Shown: positions 37,895 to 50,400 of the stretch, piece by piece
How positions within the stretch are numbered: position 1 is the first letter of the stretch
Layout of the letters: each line of letters starts with the position of its first letter
Made by a program: the position numbers and the translations under genes
Assembly (NCBI RefSeq): GCF_035084215.1
Contig: NW_027139821.1
Location: 1-64,000, forward strand
Length of the DNA: 64,000 bases
Source of the DNA: Heptranchias perlo
Lineage: Eukaryota
Reading direction: 5' to 3'
Notes under the pieces: model-generated
What the model was told of the DNA's origin: nothing
Seen by the model: only the letters and a program-made list of their open reading frames with translations
Database searches by the model: none

Positions 37895-38020
37895 CTCTCT
37901 TCTTCCAGACAACGGCACCAATGACGAGAGCAATCAGGACGACGGCAGCAAGAACAATTCCAACAATTAAACCCAGATTCGGTCCCTCTGAAGATCCCGG
38001 AGTCACTCGGAACGTCCCAT
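37895..38020 (-). CDS. UAA: MHC class I connecting peptide/transmembrane exon
   Basis: Acceptor cttattccccccacAG|AT, donor AGAG|GTAGGA, 126 nt. Translates DGTFRVTPGSSEGPN-LGLIVGIVLAAVVLIALVIGAVVW-KKR (hydrophobic span plus basic stop-transfer). Confidence 0.92.
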
Positions 38021-38894
38021 CTGTGGGGGGAATAAGGAGGAGGAGAGAAATGAATAACGACAGTCGCTGCTGATTAGGAAGTAATGAGACCAAAGCTGTG
38101 CCTGAGACTGAGTTCGATTCGAGTCTGCGATGTGATGGGCAGTCTGATCAGAGCAAGTTGGAGGTTAGAAAGTTCAGCGTGGCTTTGATTCCACTCCTGG
38201 GAAGCACTTTGGGACGTTTCTCTCCATTAAAGGCACTTTATAAATACAAGTTGTTGCTTGTCTGCAGATATTGGAATTACCCATCAGTCCAAAGTCATTA
38301 CGAGTCCCCTCCACAAGTGATGAATCCCCAGCACAGTCTCAGAGTCGGCTGGTGGAAGTATAGTGATGGGTGATACGGCCTTTCTATGGAAGGTTGAGGA
38401 GTTCAATGGACTAACGGCCTCCTTCACCTGACACACAGATCCCAGCCAGTCAATAACTCAGTGTAACCCAGATATATGGTGCTGCTCATTATAGACAGGC
38501 AGGTTTGGAAATCTCTTGTATTTCTGAATAAAATTTCCCCGTCACCGTGGGCTGAAACTCACAATATTCTCACTTTCCTTCATTTCAGACAGAACAGAAT
38601 CTCTGGTTTAACTGAGCCTCAATCTCCAGCTCTGCAGAATGGGAGTGTTGGTGACTCATTACAATGGGGGCTCCCACCAGACCCCCTCCTCCCCGAAAAT
38701 CCAGTCTCACCTCAAGGCCAGAATCAGCAGAGGGGGCGAAGGGGGGATATGAGGGAAGAGACGGCAGTCGCGACTCCCAGTTCCCAAGGAGGGTGTCAAT
38801 GGGAACACTCTCCCCTCAGGGAGAGGTCATGGGGCTCGGGCCCACTCCAAGAATCGCACTTAACACAGGCTGAGATTTCAGTGTAGCAGAGTGA

Positions 38895-39310
38895 GGGCCA
38901 GGGTCAGGGGTCAGAGGGAGGGTCAGGGTCAGAGGGAGGGTCAGGGTCAGGGTCAGAGGCAGGGCCAGGGTAAGAGGGAGGGTCAGGGTCAGGGATCAGA
39001 GGGAGGGTCAGGGTCAGAGGCAGGGCCAGGGTCAGGGATCAGAGGGAGGGTCAGGGTCAGAGGCAGGGCCAGGGTCAGATGGAAGGCCAGGGGTCAGATA
39101 GAGGGCCAGGGGTCAGATAGAGGGCCAGGGGTCAGATAGAGGGCCAGGGGTCAGATAGAGGGCCAGGGGTCAGATAGAGGGCCAGGGGTCAGAGGCAAGG
39201 CCAGGGTCAGATGGAGGGCCAGGGGTCAGAGGGAAGGCCAGGGGTCAGATGGAAGGCCAGGGGTCAGAGGGAGGGTCAGGGGTCAGAGGGAAGGCCAGGG
39301 GTCAGAGGGC
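38895..39310. repeat. Degenerate (GGCCAGGGGTCAGA..)n repeat
   Basis: GGTCAG core recurring at about 18-19 bp spacing. Confidence 0.85.
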
Positions 39311-39734
39311 TGGGGGAAATCGGGCGGGGGCGGGGCCTGAACACCATCACTGCGAGGGCCTCACACTGTGATTGACAGGCCGGTCGGCCGCCCATGACTT
39401 TGCCTGATTTGGGGAATGGGGCTTTGAAGGTGCTGCTCGTCTCCCGGAGGTGCCTCTCCTGCTGATCAGTGGGAGCGATGAGCCGCAGCCCCGGGGGACT
39501 GACTGTGGATCTACCGGAGTGGGACATGTTACCCTCTCCCAGGAGCTCAGCACATCTGCTCCCTCATCACCCCCTCAACCAATCCCCACCGTGGGGCCAG
39601 CAAGAAACCTCGAGCACAGAGAGAGGCAACTGAGAAACGGAGAGAAGGCTTTAAAGCAGCAATTTGGTGAGAGTGGGAATTCAGTACAGAGGGGGAGGAG
39701 GTGCTCAGGAATTTTAACCGAGGGACAACAGTAA

Positions 39735-41858
39735 AGGAGAAAGAGGGAGGGAACGGAGCACTGGGAGTAAAGAGAAAGAGGGAGGGAACGGAGCACTGGA
39801 AGTAAAGAGAGAGAGGGAGGGAACGGAGCACTGGGAGTAAAGAGAAAGAGGGAGAGAACGGAGCACTGGGAGTAAAGAGAGAGAGGGAGGGAACGGAGCA
39901 CTGGGAGTAAAGAGAAAGAGGGAGAGAACGGAGCACTGGGAGTAAAGAGAGAGAGGGAGGGAACGGAGCACTGGAAGTAAAGAGAGAGAGGGAGGGAACG
40001 GAGCACTGGGAGCAAAGAGAGAGAGGGAGGGAACGGAGCACTGGGAGTAAAGAGAGAGAGGGAGGGAACGGAGCACTGGGAGTAAAGAAAGAGGGAGGGA
40101 ACGGAGCACTGGGAGTAAAGAGAGAGAGGGAGGGAACGGAGCACTGGGAGTAAAGAAAGAGAGGGAGGGAACGGAGCACTGGGAGTAAAGAGAGAGAGGG
40201 AGGGAACGGAGCACTGGGAGTAAAGAGAGAGAGGGAGGGAACGGAGCACTGGGAGTAAAGAGAAAGAGGGAGGGAACGGAGCACTGGGAGTAAAGAGAGA
40301 GAGGGAGGGAACGGAGCACTGGGAGTAAAGAGAGAGAGGGGGGAACGGAGCACTGGGAGTAAAGAGAGAGAGGGAGGGAACGGAGCACTGGGAGTAAAGA
40401 GAGAGAGGGAGGGAACGGAGCACTGGGAGTAAAGAGAGGGAGGGAACGGAGCACTGGGAGGAAAGAGAGAGAGGGAGGGAACGGAGCACTGGGAGTAAAG
40501 AGAGAGAGGGAGGGAACGGAGCACTGGGAGTAAAGAGAAAGAGGGAGGGAACGGAGCACTGGGAGTAAAGAGAGAGAGGGAGGGAACGGAGCACTGGAAG
40601 TAAAGAGAGAGAGGGAGGGAACGTAGCACTGGGAGTAAAGAAAGAGAGGGGGGGAACGGAGCACTGGGAGTAAAGAGAGAGAGGGAGGGAACGGAGCAAT
40701 GGGAGTAAAGAGAGAGAGGGAGGGAACGGAGCACTGGGAGTAAAGAAAGAGAGGGAGGGAACGGAGCACTGGGAGTAAAGAGAGAGAGGGAGGGAACGGA
40801 GCACTGGGAGTAAAGAGAGAGAGGGAGGGAACGGAGCACTGGGAGTAAAGAGAGAGAGGGAGGGAACGGAGCACTGGGAGTAAAGAGAGAGAGGGAGGGA
40901 ACGGAGCACTGGGAGTAAAGAGAGAGAGGGAGGGAACGGAGCACTGGGAGTAAAGAGAGAGAGGGAGGGAACGGAGCACTGGGAGTAAAGAGAGAGAGGG
41001 AGGGAACGGAGCACTGGGAGTAAAGAGAGAGGGAGGGAACGGAGCACTGGGAGTAAAGAGAGAGAGGGAGGGAACGGAGCACTGGGAGTAAAGAGAGAGA
41101 GGGAGGGAACGGAGCACTGGGAGTAAAGAGAGAGAGGGAGGGAACGGAGCACTGGGAGTAAAGAGAGAGAGGGAGGGAACGGAGCAATGGGAGTAAAGAG
41201 AGAGAGGGAGGGAACGGAGCACTGGGAGTAAAGAGAGAGAGGGAGGGAACGGAGCACTGGGAGTAAAGAGAGAGAGGGAGGGAACGGAGCACTGGGAGTA
41301 AAGAGAGAGAGGGAGGGAACGGAGCACTGGGAGTAAAGAGAGAGAGGGAGGGAACGGAGCACTGGGAGTAAAGAGAGAGAGGGAGGGAACGGAGCACTGG
41401 GAGTAAAGAGAGAGAGGGAGGGAACGGAGCACTGGGAGTAAAGAGAGAGAGGGAGGGAACGGAGCACTGGGAGTAAAGAGAGAGAGGGAGGGAACGGAGC
41501 ACTGGGAGTAAAGAGAGAGAGGGGGGGAACGGAGCACTGGGAGTAAAGAGAGAGAGGGAGGGAACGGAGCACTGGGAGTAAAGAGAAAGAGGGAGGGAAC
41601 GGAGCACTGGGAGTAAAGAGAGAGAGGGAGGGAACGGAGCACTGGGAGTAAAGAGAAAGAGGGAGGGAACGGAGCACTGGGAGTAAAGAGAGAGAGGGAG
41701 GGAACGGAGCACTGGGAGTAAAGAGAGAGAGGGAGGGAACGGAGCACTGGGAGTAAAGAGAGAGAGGGAGGGAACGGAGCACTGGGAGTAAAGAGAGAGA
41801 GGGAGGGAACGGAGCACTGGGAGTAAAGAGAGAGAGGGGGGGAGAGGGGGGGGAACGG
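39735..41858. repeat. 35-bp purine-rich minisatellite (GAGTAAAGAGAGAGAGGGAGGGAACGGAGCACTGG)n, ~60 copies
   Basis: Highly homogeneous tandem array in the alpha3-TM intron. Confidence 0.96.
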
Positions 41859-41859
41859 A

Positions 41860-42570
41860 TATGGGGACGGTGCCAGAGGACTGGAGGATTGTAAATGTTA
41901 CACACTGTTCAAAAAAGGGGAGAGGGATAAACCCGGGAAATCCAGGCCAGTCAGTCTAACGTCAGTGGAGGGGAAACTTTAAGACAATAATCTGGGACAA
42001 AATTAATCGTCACTTGGAAAAGTCTGGGTTAATAAAAGAAAGTCAGCACGGATTTGTTAAAGGCAAATCGTGTTTGACCAACTTGATTGAGTTCTTTGAT
42101 GAAGTAACGGAGAGGGTTGATGAGGGCAGTGAGGTGGATGTTGTGTATATGGACTTTCAAAAGGCATTTGATAAAGTGCCACATAATAGACTTGTCAGTA
42201 AAATTAAAGCCATGGGATTAAAGGGACAGTGGTAAATTGGCTCAGGGACAGAAAGCAGAGAGTAGTGGTGAAGGGTTGTTTCTCAGACTGGAGGGAAGTT
42301 TACAGTGGGGTTCCCCAGGGCTCAGTATTAGGACCACTGCTCTTTTTGAGAGATATTAATGACCTGGACTTGGGTATAGAGGGTATAATTTCAAAGTTTG
42401 CAGCTGACACGAAACTCGGAAATGTAGTAAACAATGTGGAGGATAGTAACAGAGTTCAGGAGGACACAGACAGACTGGTGAAATGGGCAGACACATGGCA
42501 GATGAAATTTAACACAGAGAAGTGTGAAGTGATGTATTTTGGAAGGAAGAATGAGGAGAGGCGATAGAAA
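41860..42570 (+). mobile_element. CR1-clade LINE RT fragment, antisense in the class I intron
   Basis: [55 protein letters not shown]. Confidence 0.9.
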
Positions 42571-42623
42571 CATCTTTAATCCTCAGCCTCAGACTCTCCC
42601 CCTGCACTCACTGATCCTCTTAC

Positions 42624-42899
42624 CCCAGTCTCGGGTCTCCACTCCTGCTTTGCTGCTGTGATCCACCTGACAGGAGTAGGTGGCTCCGTCCTCGGGCCCG
42701 ATCTCAACCCATCTCTTGATCTGGTAGGTGCCATCGTGGTTGGGCAGGATGCCAGTGGAATCAGTGTCTGAGATCGGCCGTCCATTTCTCAGGAGGGTGA
42801 GTTCGATATCTCGAGGGTAAAACCCCGTGACCAGGCAGGAGAGTTGGGCCGGTTTAGTGTCTGAGGCCTTGTCCACAGAAAGAAACACTTGGGGAGTAA
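42624..42899 (-). CDS. UAA: MHC class I alpha3 (Ig C1-set) exon
   Basis: Acceptor ttttactctcAG|TT, donor TGGG|GTAAGA, 276 nt. Translates VTPQVFLSVDK..LSCLVTGFYPRDI..GILPNHDGTYQ..YSCQVDHSS..RDW; in frame with alpha2. Confidence 0.95.
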
Positions 42900-42938
42900 C
42901 TGAGAGTAAAACAGATCAGAGCCGAGTCAGTGTGAGAC

Positions 42939-43335
42939 AGGGAACGGTACAAACCCCTTTAAACTGGGGATTAGACCCCAGGGAACGGGACAAACCCCTT
43001 TAAACTGGGGATTAGACCCCAGGGAACGGGACAAACCCCTTTAAACTGGGGATTAGACCCCAGGGAACGGTACAAACCCCTTTAAACTGGGGATTAGACC
43101 CCAGGGAACGGGACAAACCCCTTTAAACTGGGGATTAGACCCCAGGGAACGGTACAAACCCCTTTAAACTGGGGATTAGACCCCAGGGAACGGTACAAAC
43201 ACCTTTAAACTGGGGATTAGACCCCAGGGAACGGGACAAACCCCTTTAAACTGGGGATTAGACCCCAGGGAACGGGACAAACCCCTTTAAACTGGGGATT
43301 AGACCCCACGGAACGGGACAAACCCCTTTAAACTG
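42939..43335. repeat. 41-bp minisatellite (AGGGAACGGGACAAACCCCTTTAAACTGGGGATTAGACCCC)n
   Basis: ~10 copies starting ~40 nt from the alpha3 acceptor; a remnant unit continues at 44468-44495. Confidence 0.93.
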
Positions 43336-44467
43336 TGTGCGGCTGCATCAAGCTGTGCATAGACCCTCAGTACGCAAACACAAAGTGTCACTACGTGCTG
43401 AGGTTCTACCTGTCCCCGGTGTTGAGAAGGATGGGCCTGGCCACGCTGCCACGGAACGCTCCGTCCAGTTGGACCGTTCCGCCCCACCTGTCCTTCGTGG
43501 AAAGGTTTGTGCAGGAAAACACCTTTGACCACAAGGCGATCAGCAAGTGGTCCGCACGTAACGTCCTCGAGACCCTGCGGGAAAAGGAGATGGTGGATCC
43601 TGTCGGTTGGTTCCCCGAGCAGACTGTCAATGTCATTTGGCAGAACGCCTCATCACCAGAGCTTTCAAACAAGCACCAAGACCTAGCTTGGCTGGTGGTG
43701 AGAAGGGCCCTTCCCGTCAGATCCTTCATGCACTCCCGGACTCTCAGTGCCACCGCGCGCTGTCCCAGAGGAGGCTGCGGTGGAGACGAGACCGTCACCC
43801 ATCTCCTTCTGGAATGTGCCTTTGCAAAGAAGGTGTGGAGAGAGATGCAGTGGTATCTGTCCAGGTTCATCCCGAGCAGTTCCGTAACACAGGTTTCTGT
43901 GCTCTACGGGCTGTTCCCGGGGACGCACACCGAGACGGACATTGGCTGCTGCTGGAAGACCATCAACTCGGTGAAAGACGCCCTTTGGTCTGCCCGAAAC
44001 TTGCTGGTCTTCCAGCACAAGGAGCTGTCCTCGACCGAGTGTTGCAGACTGGCACATTCCAAGGTCCAGGACTACGTGCTGAGGGACGCACTGAGGATGG
44101 GTGCGGCCGCCGCAAAGGCTCTGTGGGGAAAGGCAACCGTTTAGAGCCTTCCCGCCATTGTAAACCGAGGGGCTGCAATCAGGGAAAAACCCCCTCGGGC
44201 AGAATGTAAAATTCAAATTGCTGTAATGTACCTGTAATGAATCTGTAATGAATCTGTAAGCAATAATCTGTGTTGAGCATGATGCATTGAGGCACCCTAG
44301 AGTGTCATGAACTGTAATTATGTCCAATGTGTTCATTGTACTGCACTTAACGTAACCTGCAAATTGTAAAATCTGTATTGTGTACGTTTGGAAAGTGATA
44401 TCACAACTGTATTGTATGTATTGCTGCAAATTTTATGAATAAAGTATATTTTTTGAAAAAAAAACAA
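43336..44467 (+). mobile_element. L1/Tx1-clade LINE, 5'-truncated, with intact ORF2 C-terminus, poly(A) and TSD
   Basis: zf-RVT-type CCHC motif (ARCPRGGCGGDETVTHLLLECAFAKKVW); AATAAA plus A-tail at ~44438-44467; flanking ACAAACCCCTTTAAACTG at 43318-43335 and 44468-44485. Confidence 0.88.
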
Positions 44468-44492
44468 ACAAACCCCTTTAAACTGGGGATTA

Positions 44493-47400
44493 GACTCTCA
44501 CTCCCCCCCTCACTCACCGACTCTCACTCCCCCCTCACTCACCGACTCTCACTCCCACCCCTCACTCACCGACTCTCAGTGCCCCCTCACTCACCGACTC
44601 TCACTCCCCCCTCACTCACCGACTCTCAGTGCCCCCTCACTCACCGACTCTCAGTCCCTCCCTCAATCACCGACTCTCAGTCCCTCCCTCACTCACCGAC
44701 TCTCACTCCCCCCCTCACTCACCGACTCTCACTCCCCCCCTCACTCACCGACTCTCAGTCCCTCCCTCAATCACCGACTCTCAGTCCCTCCCTCACTCAC
44801 CGACTCTCAGTGCCCCCCTCACTCACCGACTCTCAGTCCCTCCCTCAATCACCGACTCTCAGTCCCTCCCTCACTCACCGACTCTCAGTGCCCCCTCACT
44901 CACCGACTCTCAGTCCCCCCCTCACTCACCGACTCTCAGTCCCTCCCTCAATCACCGACTCTCAGTCCCCCCCCTCACTCACCGACTCTCAGTCCCTCCC
45001 TCAATCACCGACACCCACTCCCCCCTCACTCACCGACTCTCAGTGCCCCCCTCAATCACCGACTCTCAGTCCCCCCCTCACTCACCGACTCTCACTCACC
45101 GACTCTAATTCCCCCCCTCACTCACCGACTCAGTCCCCCCCTCACTCACCGAGTCTCACTCCACCCTCACTCACCGACTCTCACTCCCCCCTCACTCACC
45201 GACTCTCACTCCCCCCCTCACTCACCGACTCTCACTCCCCCCCTCACTCACCGACTCTCAGTTCACGCCTCACTCACCGACTCTCACTCCCCCCCTCACT
45301 CACCGACTCTCACTCCCCCCCTCACTCACTGACTCTCACTCCCCCCCCTCACTCACCGACTCTCACTCCCCCCCTCACTCACCGACTCTCAGTCCCCCCT
45401 CACTCACCGACTCTCAGTGCCCCCCTCACTCACCGACTCTCAGTCCCCCCCTCACTCACCGACACCCACTCCCCCCTCACTCACCGACTCTCACTCCCCC
45501 CTCACTCACCGACTCAGTCCCCCCCTCACTCACCGACTCTCACTCCCCTGCTCACTCACCGACTCTCAGTCCCCCCCTCACTCACTGACTCTCACTCCCC
45601 CGTCACTCACCGACACCCACTCCCCCCTCACTCACCGACTCTCACTCCCCCCCTCACTCACCGACTCTCAGTCCCCCCCTCACTCACTGACTCTCACTCC
45701 CCCCTCACTCACCGACTCTCAGTCCCCCCCCTCAATCACCGACTCTCAGTCCCTCCCTCACTCACCGACTCTCACTCCCCCCCTCACTCACCGACTCTCA
45801 GTCCCTCCCTCACTCACCGACTCTCACTCCCCCCCCTCACTCACCGACTCTCAGTCCCCCCCCCACACTCACCGACTCTCACTCCCCCCTCACTCACCGA
45901 CTCTCAGTCTCCCCCTCACTCACCGACTCTCAGTCCCCCCCTCACTCACCGACTCTCAGTCCCTCCCTCACTCACCGACTCTCACTCCCCCCTCACTCAC
46001 CGACTCTCAGTCCCCCCTCACTCACCGACTCTCAGTCCCCCCCCCCTCACTCACCGACTCTCACTCCCCCCTCACTCACCGACTCTCAGTCCCCCCCCCT
46101 CACTCACGGACTCTCACTCCCCCCTCACTCACCGACTCTCAGTCCCCCCCCCTCACTCACGGACTCTCAGTCCCCCCCTCACTCACCGACTCTCAGTGCC
46201 CCCCTCACTCACCGACTCTCACTCCCCCCTCACTCACCGACTCTCAGTCCCTCCCTCAATCACCGACACTCAGTCCCTCCCTCACTCACCGACTCTCACT
46301 CCCCCCCTCACTCACCGACTCTCAGTCCCCCCCCCTCACTCACCGACTCTCAGTCCCCCCCTCACTCACCGACTCTCAGTGCCCCCCTCACTCACCGACT
46401 CTCACTCCCCCCTCACTCACCGACTCTCAGTCCCTCCCTCAATCACCGACACTCAGTCCCTCCCTCACTCACCGACTCTCACTCCCCCCCCTCACTCACC
46501 GACTCTCAGTCCCCCCCCTCACTCACCGACTCTCAGTCCCTCCCTCAATCACCGACACTCAGTCCCTCCCTCACTCACCGACTCTCACTCCCCCCCCTCA
46601 CTCACCGACTCTCACTCCCCCCCTCACTCACCGACTCTCAGTCCCCCCCTCACTCACCGACTCTCAGTGCCCCCCTCACTCACCGACTCTCACTCCCCCC
46701 TCACTCACCGACTCTCAGTCCCTCCCTCAATCACCGACTCTCAGTCCCTCCCTCACTCACCGACTCTCACTCCCCCCCCTCACTCACCGACTCTCAGTCC
46801 CCCCTCACTCACCGACTCTCACTCCCCCCCTCACTCACCGACTCTCAGTCCCCCCCCTCACTCACCGACACTCAGTTCACCCCTCACTCACCGACTCGCA
46901 CTCCCCCCCTCACTCACCGACTCTCACTCCCCCCCTCACTCACCGACTCTCAGTCCCCCCCCCTCACTCACCGACTCTCACTCCCCCCTCACTCACCGAC
47001 ACCCACTCCCCCCTCACTCACCAACTCTCACTCCACCCTCACTCACCGACTCAGTCCCCCCCTCACTCACCGAATCTCACTCCCCCCCTCACTCACCGAC
47101 ACCCACTCCCCCCTCACTCACCGACTCTCACTCCCCACTCACTCACCGACTCACTCCCCCCCCTCACTCACCGACTCTCAGTCCCCCCCTCACTCACCGA
47201 CTCTCACACCCCCTCAGTCACCGACTCTCACTCCCCCCCCTCACTCACCGACTCTCACTCCCCCCCTCATACACCGACTCTCAGTCCCTCCCTCACTCAC
47301 TGACTCTCACTCCCCCCTCACTCACCGACTCTGAGTCCCCCCTCACTCACTGACTCTCACTCCCCCACCTCACTCACCGACTCTCACTCCCCCCCTCACT

Positions 47401-50400
47401 CACCAACTCTCACTCCCCCCTCACTCACCGACTCTCAGTCCCCCCCTCACTCACCGACTCTCACTCCCCCCCCTCACTCACCGACTCTCACTCCTCCCCT
47501 CACTCACCGACTCTCACTCCCCCCCTCACTCACCGACTCTCACTCCCCCCCTCACTCACCGACTCTCACTCCCCCCCTCACTCACCGACTCTCACTACCC
47601 CCCTCACTCACCGACTCTCAGTCCCCCCTCACTCACCGACTCTCACTCCCCCCCCTCACTCACCGACTCTCAGTCCCCCCCTCACTCACCGACTCTCAGT
47701 CCCCCCCTCACTCACCGACTCTCAGTCCCCCCCTCACTCACCGACTCAGTCCCCCCCTCACTCACCGACTCTCACTCCCCCCTCACTCACCGACTCTCAC
47801 TCCCCCCCTCACTCACCGACTCTCACTCCCCCCCTCACTCACCGACTCTCACTACCCCCTCACTCACCGACTCTCAGTCCCCCCTCACTCACCGACTCTC
47901 AGTCCCCCCTCACTCACCGACTCTCACTCCCCCCTCACTCACCGACTCAGTCCCCCCCTCACTCACCGACTCAGTCCCCCCCCTCACTCACCGACTCTCA
48001 CTCCCCCCTCACTCACCGACTCTCAGTCCCCCCCCTCACTCACCGACTCTCACTCCCCCCCTCACTCACCGACTCTCAGTCCCCCCTCACTCACCGACTC
48101 TCACTCCCCCCTCACTCACCGACTCTCACTCCCCCCCTCACTCACCGACTCTCACTCCCCCCCTCACTCACCGACTCTCACTCCCCCCTCACTCACCGAC
48201 TCTGAGTCCCCCCCTCACCCACCGACTCTCACTCCCCCCTCACTCACCGACACCCACTCCCCCCTCACTCACCGACTCTCAGTCCCCTCCCTCAATCACC
48301 GACTCTCAGTCCCTCCCTCACTCACCGACTCTCACTCCCCCCCTCACTCACCGACACTCAGTTCACCCCTCACTCACCGACTCTCACTCCCCCCCTCACT
48401 CACCGACTCTCACTGCCCCCTCACTCACCGACTCTGAGTCCCCCCCTCACTCACCGACTCTCACTCCCCCCTCACTCACCGACTCTGAGTCCCCCCCTCA
48501 CTCACCGACTCTCACTCCCCCCTCACTCACCGACTCAGTCCCCCCCTCACTCACCGACTCTCACTCCCCCCCTCACTCACCGATTCTCACTCCCCCTTCA
48601 CTCACCGACACCCACTCCCCCCTCACTCCCCGACTCTCACTCCCCCCCTCACTCACCGACTCTCAGTCCCCCCCTCATTCACCGACTCTCACTCCCCCCT
48701 CACTCACCGACTCACAGTCCCCACTCACTCACCGACTCTCAGTGCCCCCCTCAATCACCGACTCTCACTCCCCCCCTCACTCAACCAACTCTCACTCCCC
48801 CCCTCACTCACCGACTCTCAGTCCCTCCCTCACTCACCGACTCTCACTCCCCCCCTCACTCACCGACTCTCACTCCCCCCCTCACTCACCAACTCTCACT
48901 CCCCCCCTCACTCACCGACTCTCAGTCCCCCCCCTCACTCACCGACTCTCACTCCCCCCCTCACTCACCGACTCTCACTCCTCCCCTCACTCACCGAATC
49001 TCAATCCCCCCTCACTCACCGACTCTCACTCCCCCCCTCACTCACCGACTCTCACTCCCCCCCTCACTCACCGACTCTCACTACCCCCTCACTCACCGAC
49101 TCTCAGTCCCCCCTCACTCACCGACTCTCACTCCCCCCCCTCACTCACCGACTCTCAGTCCCCCCTCACTCACCGACTCTCAGTCCCCCCCTCACTCACC
49201 GGCTCTCAGTCCCCCATCACTCACCGACTCTCACTCCCCCCTCACTCACCGACTCTCACTCCCCCCTCACTCACCGACTCTCAGTCCCCCCCTCACTCAC
49301 CGACTCAGTCCCCCCCCTCACTCACCGACTCTCACTCCCCCCTCACTCACCGACTCTCACTCCCCCCCCTCACTCACCGACTCTCACTCCCCCCCTCACT
49401 CACCGACTCTCACTACCCCCCTCACTCACCGACTCTCAGTCCCCCCCTCACTCACCGACTCTCAGTCCCCCCCTCACTCACCGACTCTCACTCCCCCCCT
49501 CACTCACCGACTCAGTCCCCCCCTCACTCACCGACTCAGTCCCCCCCTCACTCACCGACTCTCACTCCCCCCCTCACTCACCGACTCTCAGTCCCCCCCC
49601 TCACTCACCGACTCTCACTCCCCCCCCTCACTCACCGACTCTCAGTCCCCCCTCACTCACCGACTCTCACTCCCCCCTCACTCACCGACTCTCACTCCCC
49701 CCCTCACTCACCGACTCTCACTCCCCCCCCTCACTCACCGACTCTCACTCCCCCCTCACTCACCGACTCTGAGTCCCCCCCTCACCCCACCGACTCTCAC
49801 TCCCCCCCTCACTCACCGACACCCACTCCCCCCTCACTCACCGACTCTCAGTCCCTCCCTCAATCACCGACTCTCAGTCCCTCCCTCACTCACCGACTCT
49901 CACTCCCCCCCTCACTCACCGACACTCAGTTCACACCTCACTCACCGACTCTCACTCCCCCCCTCACTCACCGACTCTCACTGCCCCCCTCACTCACCGA
50001 CTCTGAGTCCCCCCCTCACTCACCGACTCTCACTCCCCCCTCACTCACCGACTCTGAGTCCCCCCCTCACTCACCGACTCTCACTCCCCCCTCACTCACC
50101 GACTCAGTCCCCCCCCTCACTCACCGACTCTCACTCCCCCCCTCACTCACCGATTCTCACTCCCCCTTCACTCACCGACACCCACTCCCCCCTCACTCCC
50201 CGACTCTCACTCCCCCCCTCACTCACCGACTCTCAGTCCCCCCCTCATTCACCGACTCTCACTCCCCCCCTCACTCACCGACTCACAGTCCCCACTCACT
50301 CACCGACTCTCAGTGCCCCCCTCAATCACCGACTCTCACTCCCCCCCTCACTCAACCAACTCTCACTCCCCCCCTCACTCACCGACTCTCAGTCCCTCCC

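Noticed and set aside
39547-41905. Three overlapping 677-776 aa ORFs
   Set aside because: The 35-bp repeat lacks stops in all three minus frames; intronic artefact.
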